Of a stretch of DNA of 38,354 nucleotides, positions 23,289-34,329 are shown one piece after another (positions within the stretch are counted from its first letter, which is position 1; every line of letters starts with the position of its first letter). The stretch is from Octopus bimaculoides (Eukaryota). The translations under genes and the position numbers were made by a program. Location: contig NC_069007.1 of the NCBI RefSeq assembly GCF_001194135.2, positions 2,553,347 to 2,591,700 on the forward strand. Reading direction: 5' to 3'. The notes below the pieces were generated by a model. That model was given only the letters and a program-made list of their open reading frames with translations, was not told the origin of the DNA and ran no database searches.

Positions 23289-23520
23289 GCATGCTGACAG
23301 AAACGTTTGCACGCCGTAAAGACAGGCGAAATGTCGCTAAGCATTTCGCCTGTCTTTACGCCAGGCGAAATGCTTAGCAGTATTTCGTCTGCCACTACAT
23401 TCTGAGTTCAAATTCCGCCGAGGTCGACTTTGCCTTTCAAGGGTCGATAAATTAAGTACCAGTTTCGCATTGGGGTCCATGTAATCGATTTAATCCCTTT
23501 GTCTGTCCTTGTTTGTCCCC
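23289..23520 (+). mobile_element. SINE family B with an inverted duplication in its head
   Basis: Head, core and TTGTCTGTCCTTGTTTGTCCCC tail; 19-bp inverted repeat 23315-23333 and 23342-23360. Confidence 0.88.
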
Positions 23521-23530
23521 NNNNNNNNNN

Positions 23531-23738
23531 TCAGCTGTGGAAATGAGTTGCGACGTCACTGGTGCCGAGCTGTATCGGCCTTTCACTTTCCCTTGGTAAA
23601 CATCAGTGGCGCGGAGTGGGGAAGCCGGTATGCATGGGCGACTGCTGGTCTTCCATAAACAACCTTGCCAGGACCTGTGCCTGGGAGGGTAACTTTCTAG
23701 GTGCAATCCCATGGTCAGTTATAACCGAAGGGTGTCTT
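23531..23738. mobile_element. GC-rich interspersed repeat fragment, unclassified (probably a SINE or LINE end)
   Basis: Abrupt GC-rich block ending at a (TA)n run. Family recognition is from memory only. Confidence 0.4.
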
Positions 23739-23749
23739 AATATATATAT

Positions 23750-24145
23750 ATATAAAATTATTAATGAGGGTAGAAATTGATATTAATCAATTAAAACCAG
23801 TGGTCTAGCATATTAACAAAATCCGAAGATTAAAATTACATTACATACAAAAATAAGAGGAATGACGAGCAAAAGTGGAATCCTATATGCTAGAAATAGA
23901 TGCCGAATCATCTAACCACGAAAAAATATGTTCACAGTAAAAAATTAGCGACACAAAGGGCAAGACAAATGAAAAAATACTAAATAAAAAAATATTTAGT
24001 ATTTTTTCATTTGTGTGGCCCTTTTACAGTCTGTTGTGTCGCTAATTTTTTACTGTGAACATATTTTTTCGTGGTTAGATGATTAGGCATTTATTTCTAG
24101 CATATAGGAGTCCACTTTTGCTGGTCATTCCTCTTATTTTTGTAT
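23750..24145. mobile_element. AT-rich foldback element, copy B, with ~95-bp left terminal extension
   Basis: 23846-24145 is palindromic; 23750-23845 is the reverse complement of the right extension of copy C (30626-30717). Confidence 0.88.
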
Positions 24146-24843
24146 NNNNNNNNNNNNNNNNNNNNNNNNNNNNNNNNNNNNNNNNNNNNNNNNNNNNNNN
24201 NNNNNNNNNNNNNNNNNNNNNNNNNNNNNNNNNNNNNNNNNNNNNNNNNNNNNNNNNNNNNNNNNNNNNNNNNNNNNNNNNNNNNNNNNNNNNNNNNNNN
24301 NNNNNNNNNNNNNNNNNNNNNNNNNNNNNNNNNNNNNNNNNNNNNNNNNNNNNNNNNNNNNNNNNNNNNNNNNNNNNNNNNNNNNNNNNNNNNNNNNNNN
24401 NNNNNNNNNNNNNNNNNNNNNNNNNNNNNNNNNNNNNNNNNNNNNNNNNNNNNNNNNNNNNNNNNNNNNNNNNNNNNNNNNNNNNNNNNNNNNNNNNNNN
24501 NNNNNNNNNNNNNNNNNNNNNNNNNNNNNNNNNNNNNNNNNNNNNNNNNNNNNNNNNNNNNNNNNNNNNNNNNNNNNNNNNNNNNNNNNNNNNNNNNNNN
24601 NNNNNNNNNNNNNNNNNNNNNNNNNNNNNNNNNNNNNNNNNNNNNNNNNNNNNNNNNNNNNNNNNNNNNNNNNNNNNNNNNNNNNNNNNNNNNNNNNNNN
24701 NNNNNNNNNNNNNNNNNNNNNNNNNNNNNNNNNNNNNNNNNNNNNNNNNNNNNNNNNNNNNNNNNNNNNNNNNNNNNNNNNNNNNNNNNNNNNNNNNNNN
24801 NNNNNNNNNNNNNNNNNNNNNNNNNNNNNNNNNNNNNNNNNNN

Positions 24844-25251
24844 GGGCGAAATGCTTAGCGGTATTTCGTCTGCCGTTACGTTGTAGGTTCAAATTACGCC
24901 GAGGTCGACTTTGCCTTTCATCCTTTCGGGGTCGATTAAATAAGTACCAGTTACGCACTGGGGTCGATATAATCGACTTAATCTGTTTGTCTGTCCTTGT
25001 TTGTCCCCTCTGTGTGTAGCCCCTTGTGGGCAATAAAGAAATAAGAAATGTTAGCACGCCGGGCGAAATGCTTAGCGGTATTTCGTCTGCCGTTACGTTC
25101 TGAGTTCAAATTCCGCCGAGGTCGACTTTGTCTTTCATCCTTTCGGGGGTCAATAAATTAAGAATCTGTTGCGTACTGGGGACGATCTAATTGACTGCCC
25201 GCCACCCCCGCTACCAAAAAAATGTTGGTCCTTGTGCCGAGAGTAGAAAAG
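24844..25251 (+). mobile_element. SINE family B head-to-tail dimer (24844-25044 and 25045-25251)
   Basis: The first copy tail GGGCAATAAAGAAATAAG runs into AAATGTTAGCACGCCGGGCGAAATG of the second; the two copies have different 3' tails. Confidence 0.9.
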
Positions 25252-25374
25252 GACAAAATATATAAAATCTGTACACCACTACCAACAACCTATATATATA
25301 CAATTAGAACCCAGAACGTGAAGACGCACGAAATGTCGCTGAGCTACCTGTCTTAATTTCTCCTTATTATTCAG

Positions 25375-25392
25375 CCCTAACCCTAACCCTAA
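25375..25392 (-). repeat. Interstitial (TTAGGG)3
   Basis: CCCTAACCCTAACCCTAA. Confidence 0.85.
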
Positions 25393-25939
25393 CAATGAGC
25401 GCCTCCTATAGGCCTATTCCATATGATCCTACTCTTTTACAGCTTGTAATATTCGGTAATGAAATAAGCGCTGCAGTACTTTCTGTCACATAACAGCTTT
25501 TATCTGCAATTAATTTACCATTATTCTCCATTACAAGGCACTAAGTTTCCCACAACACAACTTCTTCAAGAAACTTTCTTTAATCAGCATTAATATGCAT
25601 TACTTGGCACCTGATTGACCCTTCGCTTTAATTAACTCCAATTCCAGCAGCGCAACGTATCTTGTGGTTTAATCTGCATTAATACGTATTAACCTACACT
25701 AATAACCCATTAGTGCGCAGTGCTACGACATTTATTGTAATACGTGTTGTATTCCAACATAATTAATATTAATCCTCAAAATATCAACTGTTAATCTGAT
25801 TTAATATTAACCAAACTATTTCTTCAAGAAGTATGACTATATTCGCATTAATATGCAGTCCGTTTAACAGTATCCGGATGAGCTTAAGTAGAGAGATTAA
25901 AGAAGTAGCTTAACTTGGTTTACGTGTCTGTTGCTGTAT

Positions 25940-26100
25940 TAAAGCTATTGTTTATCATTTATCTTTTTAGTATTTCAGTCATTGAAATGCAGCCATGCTG
26001 GAGCACTGCTTTGAAAGGTTTCATAAAAGGAATTGACCCCAGAAAGTATTTTAAGCTTCGTCTTTATTCTATAAATTTCTTTTGCCGAACCGCTAAATTA
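25940..26100 (-). mobile_element. SINE family C tail module, decayed
   Basis: TTTCAGTCATT...GCCATGCTGGAGCAC...TTTGCCGAACCGCTAA. Confidence 0.7.
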
Positions 26101-26194
26101 ACGGCACATGCATATGTATGTACACACACACACACACATCAAGCATACACACACACACACACATATATATATACATAAATATATATATACATAA

Positions 26195-26228
<34 letters not shown>

Positions 26229-26328
26229 NNNNNNNNNNNNNNNNNNNNNNNNNNNNNNNNNNNNNNNNNNNNNNNNNNNNNNNNNNNNNNNNNNNNNNNN
26301 NNNNNNNNNNNNNNNNNNNNNNNNNNNN

Positions 26329-26437
26329 ATGAAAGGCAAAGTCGACCTCGGCGGAATTTGAAACCAGAACGTAAAGACAGACGAAATACCTCTAAGCATA
26401 TCCTCTAGTGAGCTAAGAATTCTGCCAGTTCGACGCC
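26329..26437 (-). mobile_element. SINE family B head and core (rest in gap)
   Basis: GAAAGGCAAAGTCGACCTCGGCGGAATTTGAA. Confidence 0.85.
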
Positions 26438-26959
26438 TTGGTCCCTCAATAAATATTACAAACCATTTTATTCGAAACTGTACCTCCATTGTGGACTGTT
26501 ACTTTACTTAATCTCAAAAGAATAAAGGCAGACGATAAGAGACGAGTTTAACGCAGAATTTAAACAAACGGAATGAATAACGCTGGCTTTTATTCCACAC
26601 TCTCAGCATTCTTTAAATTCGGCACCTTAGAGAGAATTATAACCCAACATTAATTGGTACTAAATGTCATATTCTATCACTTTCTGCCAATTCGCTGCTC
26701 AATTCGATCTTATTACGTTATTACATTAATTACTACATTATCCTAATACAGTCAGTTTCAATTGAAATGGCAGCTGCTACAAGGGAGATAATAAGTTCTC
26801 CACAAAAGGAAGCGGATTAGAATTTTCAATAAAGAAATCAAAGAATTTTGAGGAAACACATGCATTGAATTCGAATACTATTTTGTTTTTCTTCTTTTTT
26901 GTGTGTGTTTATTTCTTACGAAGTTGTTTTTTTTACTTTCTCATTCATAGTTTTCAACT

Positions 26960-27272
26960 TTTATCTTTTAATTGTTTCAGGAATTAGATTGCGACCATCC
27001 TGAGGACCGGCTTGAAGAATTTTTTCGTCGAATGAATCGACCCCAGGGCTTGCTTGTTTGTTTGCTTTTCTTTTTTTTTTTTTTTTTTTTTTGTCTTGCT
27101 TATACCTGGGACATTCTACCAATAGGTTTGACCGAAACGCTGTTACGAGGACGTAAAAACAGCACAACAGTTTGATAAGATGTGGTGGGCACAAACACAC
27201 ACACATCTATACATATATACACCCAAATACATGGATATATATGTACATACATACACTTATATATGTATATGC

Positions 27273-27333
<61 letters not shown>

Positions 27334-27412
27334 GCACGTATGTAAGCATTTAAATATATATATTGTCTTTTCAGTTTCAGCTCACAGCTGCGGCCATGCT
27401 GGGGCACCTCCG
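26960..27412 (-). mobile_element. Two decayed family C tail modules (26960-27200; 27362-27412) separated by microsatellite
   Basis: TTGTTTCAG...GAATCGACCCCAG...GGACGTAAA; GTTTCAGCTCACAGCTGCGGCCATGCTGGGGCACC. Confidence 0.65.
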
Positions 27413-27639
27413 TTTTGCCACATTGTTATCATTGAGAGCTTCCTCTAATACGTGGCATTTGGTGAATAAGGGTGTTTGATGTCACTATCCTCATTTGCAC
27501 CCCTTGCCGCGAGGTGGGTTCATCTGGGACTCTTGATAGAAAGGGCCCCAGTTTTGATTTGAAAACACCTACATCCACTCTCTGTTGGTCCCTCAGGTTC
27601 TTTGGGAGAATATTAAAAAGGTGTGGGCCGCTGAAACCT

Positions 27640-27747
27640 AGGCGTATGTTATATGTGTATGCGTTGTGTGTCTCTTTCTATGAATGTGATTGTTTGTGCA
27701 TGTGTGGCTGCCAGTGTGTACCGTATGTGTCTCTTTGTGTGTGAACA

Positions 27748-27785
<38 letters not shown>

Positions 27786-28110
27786 TGTATGTTTGTGTGT
27801 GTGTGTGTGTGTGCTTGCCAGTATGTGTCTGTTTGTGTGTGCGGCATGTGTGTTTGTGTGTGAACGTTTGTGCATCTGTGTGTGCGGTATGTGTCCGTTG
27901 GTGTGTGAACATTTGTGTGTGTGTGTGTGCCTGCAATTGTGTGTGTGGTATATGTCTATTGGTATGTGAACATTTGTGTATGTATGTCTGTGTGTGCGCG
28001 CGTGTGTGCATGTGTGTGTGTATGTGTGTGTGTATGTATGTATGAACGATATGAGCTTGTTTGTCTGTGCACATGTGTGTGTCTGTGTGTAACTGTCCGC
28101 GTATGTGTGA
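27640..28110. repeat. TG-rich minisatellite anchored on GTGAAC(A/G)TTTG
   Basis: Anchor recurs near 27741, 27860, 27906 and 27966 in a TG background. Confidence 0.8.
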
Positions 28111-28529
28111 TTGTCTATGAGTGGGCGCAACATTAAATTGTTTAAACCGGAGTCATTTATTCGCATTCGAGTATGTTTATTATAAATTTGTGCGACCGTT
28201 TGTCCATACATAACGTGCGTGTCGATCAATAGGTCAGGTCCTAGATACATGTATTCTACATCAAATCAATCAAAAACATAATTGTGTGTCAACATTATAC
28301 AAATATATTTCAAACGACTGCATTACTTTTGCACATGCACTGTTAAAACAAAGCGTAATGGATCGATGAAAAGTTAGAGAGAGCGAGAGAGAGAGTCAGA
28401 GACAGACAGACAGAAACGGGGGCGGGGAAAGATAGATTCAAAGGGAAATGGATGATTCATTTTCTGTTATGCTGCACCGTTCCTTTGCAAGCAGAGTGAT
28501 GGTGGCCGTAATATTGCTGAAGATTGCAC

Positions 28530-28860
28530 TTACGTTAACCAACGTCAATAATCTTGATTAGCATGATTATTTATTGAATGCATAGCAATCTCGTTTAATG
28601 TACTCCAAGACAATTGAGAGCATCATCTATATAACCCGCTGGAAGGTCATACACCAATCCCAGTGACAGCTAATTGATCATTTCCATTATATTGGCATTT
28701 TAAGCTAAACCACGACGTAGGTTCACGCAGAGCCAGTTTAGTCACGTGAAACTGTTGATGTAAATGACGCTCTCTAACATTATTACAGATCGAGAAATCT
28801 GCATAGAAAATGGCGCTGTTTTGAAATGTTTTCATCCGCCATAACATTGTTGCTACACGG
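28530..28860. promoter_or_regulatory. Candidate promoter-like motif cluster
   Basis: CCAAT (~28655), ATTGG (~28691), E-box GTCACGTGA 28741-28749, YY1-like AAAATGGCG (~28807), minus-strand TTATATAG (~28627-28634) and minus-strand donor GTAAGT at 28533-28528. Motif evidence only. Confidence 0.3.
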
Positions 28861-29013
28861 TGTTTGCGACAAACAGAGAAGCTGTTGTTTATGTTGTGTA
28901 TTTAAGATCTATACTTTCGTTTCAAGGTTCGTTTTGGATAATTCAGATATTTATACACACTGAGCTGTTGTTATTCGCCAAATAATACGCATCCGTTTAC
29001 AGTTGACATATTA

Positions 29014-29020
29014 GTAATAG

Positions 29021-29074
<54 letters not shown>

Positions 29075-29170
29075 NNNNNNNNNNAGAGAGAGAGAGAAAC
29101 AGAGAGAGAGAAAGTGAGAGAGAGAGAAAGAGAGAGAGAGAAAGAGAGAGAGAATGGGAGTGAGAGACAG
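29014..29170. repeat. (GA)n microsatellite containing a 10-N gap
   Basis: Visible. Confidence 0.95.
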
Positions 29171-29529
29171 AGTTGTGGAAGGAACAGAAGGCAACAAAAA
29201 AGAGAGAGGAAGATGGAGAACAAGATGAGGTAGATGAGAGACTGTTTGAAGCGGAGCAAGATGTTGAAGGAGGACACGGCAGGAGGGGAGAGAGACTTTT
29301 GATTATTGAGAGAATGGGGTGAAGGACAGCGTGTGGGGGCGGAGAATCGATTAACATATAATGAACGTAGCGAATCGTAATGATGTAGCTCATTGATTAA
29401 TTTAGAGATATAGTTTTCAATTTTCCTCTTTATTTCCCTGTATATGGTTATGCGTGTCTACGCACACACATGCAAATACACACTTTCTCTCTCACACACA
29501 CGCATAGATACACACACACACACACATAG

Positions 29530-29593
<64 letters not shown>

Positions 29594-29676
29594 TCATATT
29601 TATATATATATATATATATATATATTCATATTTATATAAATGTATATGTATTTATAAGTGCATCTGTATGTATATA

Positions 29677-30213
29677 CCAGGGTGAGTCAAAAAGTAATGC
29701 CATTTTGTCTAGGACAGGTATAATTACCAACACAGGAACACGTACCATGCATCCAAATGAAGCTGGTCCTCTGTGGATTACATCCCTACTTCTCAACATA
29801 GTCACCGTTTCTCTCAATAGCAATGCTCCACCTTCGAATGAGAGCATGTATCCCTGCCCCGTAAAATTCTGTTGACTGTTCTTTGAGCCACTTGTTCACT
29901 AGTTTTCACTTCTTCATCACTGGAATAATTTTCAGTCTCATGAAAGAGGGTTTGAGAGGCAAACATTATTCCAGTGATGAGGAAGTTAAAACTGTAGTGA
30001 ACAAGTGTCTCAAACAGTCAACAGAATTTTACGGGGCAGGGATACATGCTTTCATTTGAAGGTGAAACATTGTTATTGAGAGAAACGGTGACTATGTTGA
30101 GAAGTAGGGATGTGATCCACAGAAGACCAGCTTCATTTTGATGCATATTACATGTTCCTGTGTTCGTAATACCTGTCCTAAACAAAATAGCATTACTTTT
30201 TGAGTCACCCTCG
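29677..30213. mobile_element. Mariner-derived palindromic MITE made of two inverted 3' ends
   Basis: TA target duplications 29675-76 and 30214-15; TIR C(C/G)AGGGTGA(G/C)TCAAAAAGTAATGC; arms 29677-29929 and 29965-30213; 35-nt spacer. Confidence 0.93.
29931..30107 (+). pseudogene. Mariner transposase C-terminal remnant
   Basis: FSLMKEGLRGKHYSSDEEVKTVVNKCLKQSTEFYGAGIHAFI*R*NIVIERNGDYVEK* matches the mariner C-terminal pattern LRGKRF..DEEVK...W...GDYVE. The left arm encodes the same tail on the minus strand (WLKEQSTEFYGAGIHALIRRWSIAIERNGDYVEK*). Confidence 0.9.
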
Positions 30214-30241
30214 TACATACATAAGCATATGTCTATGTGTG

Positions 30242-30278
<37 letters not shown>

Positions 30279-30280
<2 letters not shown>

Positions 30281-30710
30281 CATACAAAAAATAAGAGGAA
30301 TGACCAGCTAAAGTGGACTCCTATATGCTAGAAATAGATGCCGAATCATCTAACCACGAAAAATATGTTCTCAGTAAAACTTTAGCGACACAACAGACTG
30401 TAAAAGGGCAAGACATGAAAAAATGCTAATTAAAAAAACCTACGTACTATGGTTTCACCTGTTAAAATTTATTTAGTATTTTTTCATGTGTCTTGCCCTT
30501 TTACAGTCTGTTGTGTCGCTAAATTTTTACTGAGAACATATTTTTCGTGGTTAGATGATTCGGCATCTATTTCTAGCATATAGGAGTCCACTTTTGCTGG
30601 TCGTTCCTCTTATTTTTTGTATGTAATATTATTTTAATCTTCGGATTTTTTTTTAATATGCTAGTGCATTGGTTTTAATTGATTAATATCAATTTCTACC
30701 CTTATTAATA

Positions 30711-30717
<7 letters not shown>
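30279..30717. mobile_element. AT-rich foldback element, copy C (arms 30279-30434 and 30468-30625, plus right extension)
   Basis: Near-perfect ~156-bp inverted arms with a 33-nt loop; same family as 22781 and 23846; bounded by (TA)n. Confidence 0.92.
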
Positions 30718-30743
<26 letters not shown>

Positions 30744-30746
<3 letters not shown>

Positions 30747-30777
30747 CAAACAAGATGAGGATAAATATCCGTCAAAT
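30744..30777 (+). mobile_element. 3' tail fragment of SINE family D
   Basis: AACAAACAAGATGAGGATAAATATCCGTCAAAT versus 10692 AACAAACAAGATGAAGACAAACATCCGTCAAAT. Confidence 0.8.
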
Positions 30778-30782
30778 TAGAC

Positions 30783-30824
<42 letters not shown>

Positions 30825-31258
30825 CCAAAGCTGCCGACAGACAGATCGACAGATGATTATAAGAACAATCTCGAAAGCGTTCTCGTTACAGCCGTGTAGA
30901 CAATCAGTGACTGCCGCCGGCGGATCTATTCGTATGTTTAGTATTTTATATGAACTTAAACCTAAGTCATAACCAATTATTAACTGTCACAAGTGATATA
31001 TTTTCGTCACAAGGGCTTTCAAGATTCACGACCTTTGATCGAAACGACTGTCCATTTAAAGGAAATGTCAGACATCAGATTTATACTTTTAAGCAGGAAA
31101 AAATGGACGGAGAAGAACCTCGTAAACCGAGGAATTAGAAATTTGTGCCTAACATTGAACAACCATCAAACTACCAACGACATTCTGTCTGTATCTCTCT
31201 GCATATGTATGCGTGCGTATGTGTGTATACATACATATATACATACATACATACATAC

Positions 31259-31290
<32 letters not shown>

Positions 31291-32137
31291 ATACGCACAC
31301 ACACATACACATATGTATACATATATAGATCGATAGATATATATAAAAATGTATATAAATTTAAACATACATATACATATATACTATGTATATCTATAAT
31401 TATATATATGTGTATATACAAATGTGTGTGCATGCGTGTATTTATGTGAGTGTTTGTTCGAGTGTGTGTACAAATATACATATACACATAATATATACAT
31501 ACACATATGCATATAGATACATGTGTATGTATATATATATATACAGGTATATCTATATAATTGCATACGTACATACATACACACGCACACATATACGTAC
31601 TTACATATAGGTACACACCTACATGCATACATACAGGAAAGCATATATACACATACATACACACTTATAGACATAGAGAATATGATTCAGACTTCCCTTT
31701 AGCGTTTAATTTATCCAAAAAATTCCATCTTATTTTGATAGAATGTTATTTTTATTTACGTTTTAATACTCCAGTTTCTTACAGCTCCCCGTTCTCTTTC
31801 TCTCTCACACTCTCTCTATATATATATATACACATATATGTACACACGCAGATACACACACACACATACATACTTATAAATATACGTACGTAATATATAA
31901 CTATAAATACATACACAACCACATACATACAAACATACATACATACAAACATACATACATACAAACAAACATACATACATACACACACACAATGTAGAGA
32001 ACTTCAGACAGACTTCACTTTTGCATTTAAGACATACAAAAATTCCTATCGTATATTTTGAAACAATTACAATTTTGTTCTTACATATCTTTCTTATGCT
32101 ACTTTCGCTATTTTGTATATTTTGTAGTACATACATG

Positions 32138-32179
<42 letters not shown>

Positions 32180-33369
32180 AAATAGCGAAAGTAGCNNNNN
32201 NNNNNNNNNNNNNNNNNNNNNNNNNNNNNNNNNNNNNNNNNNNNNNNNNNNNNNNNNNNNNNNNNNNNNNNNNNNNNNNNNNNNNNNNNNNNNNNNNNNN
32301 NNNNNNNNNNNNNNNNNNNNNNNNNNNNNNNNNNNNNNNNNNNNNNNNNNNNNNNNNNNNNNNNNNNNNNNNNNNNNNNNNNNNNNNNNNNNNNNNNNNN
32401 NNNNNNNNNNNNNNNNNNNNNNNNNNNNNNNNNNNNNNNNNNNNNNNNNNNNNNNNNNNNNNNNNNNNNNNNNNNNNNNNNNNNNNNNNNNNNNNNNNNN
32501 NNNNNNNNNNNNNNNNNNNNNNNNTATATATATATATATATATATATCATGAACGTGATTATCCTAAAGATGGTCGAATATATGACGAATCTAGCGAATC
32601 TAGCATAGAACACCAAACAAAATTATAGGTAAGAAATCTATCAGTACGCTGCTAACAATGTCACCATTCGTGTTACTTTCAAGTGGTATCAACTACATTT
32701 AGAGATATCTTTGTTTGTGGGGCCATACACACGCTCTGTCACACAAGCGTTTACATCCGCAGCCGCGTCTTGTATTGTTTTCCAGCTCAAATAAAATGGC
32801 GTATGTTATATTGAAACTAGTCAACTCCCTGCCTATGTCTGACCGTCTTGATAAAAAATAAGGATGGAATCTAATTTCAACGTTTAACATACATGCGATT
32901 TTAAGCCAATTTTCATGCTGTATATAGATTTATTACAAGGCGGCTACATAACTTTGAAGAAACTGGTGGTATATAGATTTGTATGTTATATATAGGTAGA
33001 GAGAGAGAGAAAGTCACAGAGAGAGATTGATACATACATATGTTCATGAACACTCCACTGCGTCTGCGCAGGTGTAAGAGTAAGTGTTTACCGATTTGAG
33101 TGGGTCTTCGATGGATTCTTCTATGTATATTTTGTGGAAGACGAATACAGATATTTTGTATTTTAGTAGTGAGTTGACAACAAGAGCAACAACAAAACGA
33201 AAATCAAAAGAGAAAGTAAGCCAGACCTCTATCTACGTGCAGAGATTAATGAAAATACAACCGAAGTTAGTTTGTCACATGATTAGTGTATAAGCGCCGC
33301 CAAGACAAACAAAAATTTAGTAACAAATCGATAACAGTTCAAAAATACATATTTATAATTCCCATTTAA

Positions 33370-33560
33370 TGTTAATAATAATAATAATAATAATTATCGT
33401 CATGACGCTTACACTAACCATAATAATATTAGCAACAGCAAAGACAAAAACAACTGAGATAGTCACAACAACAACAACAAGGCTAATAATAATAATGCTA
33501 ATAATAATAACAATAATAATGATTATTATTATTATTATTATTATAGCAACAACAATAATA
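33370..33560. repeat. (AAT)/(AAC)/(ATT) trinucleotide microsatellites
   Basis: Visible. Confidence 0.9.
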
Positions 33561-34069
33561 ATTACAAAAAGAGTGGCAGACAAATTTCAATGAAAGACTT
33601 TATATATATTTTCGGTTTTTCTTTTATAATGTCGGCTAAGAACTACTTTTGCATTTTAAAGAAGATTTTATTGAATTCCTTCCAAAAGACGATTTTAGTT
33701 TGTGAAAAGATAAAAAAAAAATTTAAGCAGAAGTAAAAAAAAAAAAACAGAGAAAATAGATGAAATAAATACAAAAAGTAAAGGGGCAGTCAATAGAATG
33801 TATTGAAAATATAAATACTTTTAATTAAAAATGCATACGTGCGTTGATACTCATTTGAGAACGTGAATATGTGTGTATATGTATAACTATAGATATATAT
33901 ATATATGTGTGTGTGTAAGCGTAGGGGGTCGTCTGTGTGTATGTTGTGTGTGCATGCACATGTATAAATATATATTCGTATGTATATAAATATATAAATT
34001 AATGTATATATATATATAAATTAATGTATATATATAATTACATATATATTTATATATGTGTGTGTGAGA

Positions 34070-34121
<52 letters not shown>

Positions 34122-34244
34122 TAGCCTGTATGTATGTATGTATGTATGTATATATGTATGTGTGTATGTATATACATATATCTCAAGTTTTGAGGATGCG
34201 TATGATAGTGGTTGGTACACGCACACAAACAAACACACGTATAC

Positions 34245-34279
<35 letters not shown>

Positions 34280-34295
34280 TATATATAGACATATA

Positions 34296-34329
<34 letters not shown>

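Noticed and set aside
29170-29322. Acidic open frame ELWKEQKATKKREEDGEQDEVDERLFEAEQ...
   Set aside because: A purine-rich extension of the (GA)n tract, with no acceptor site or convincing start.
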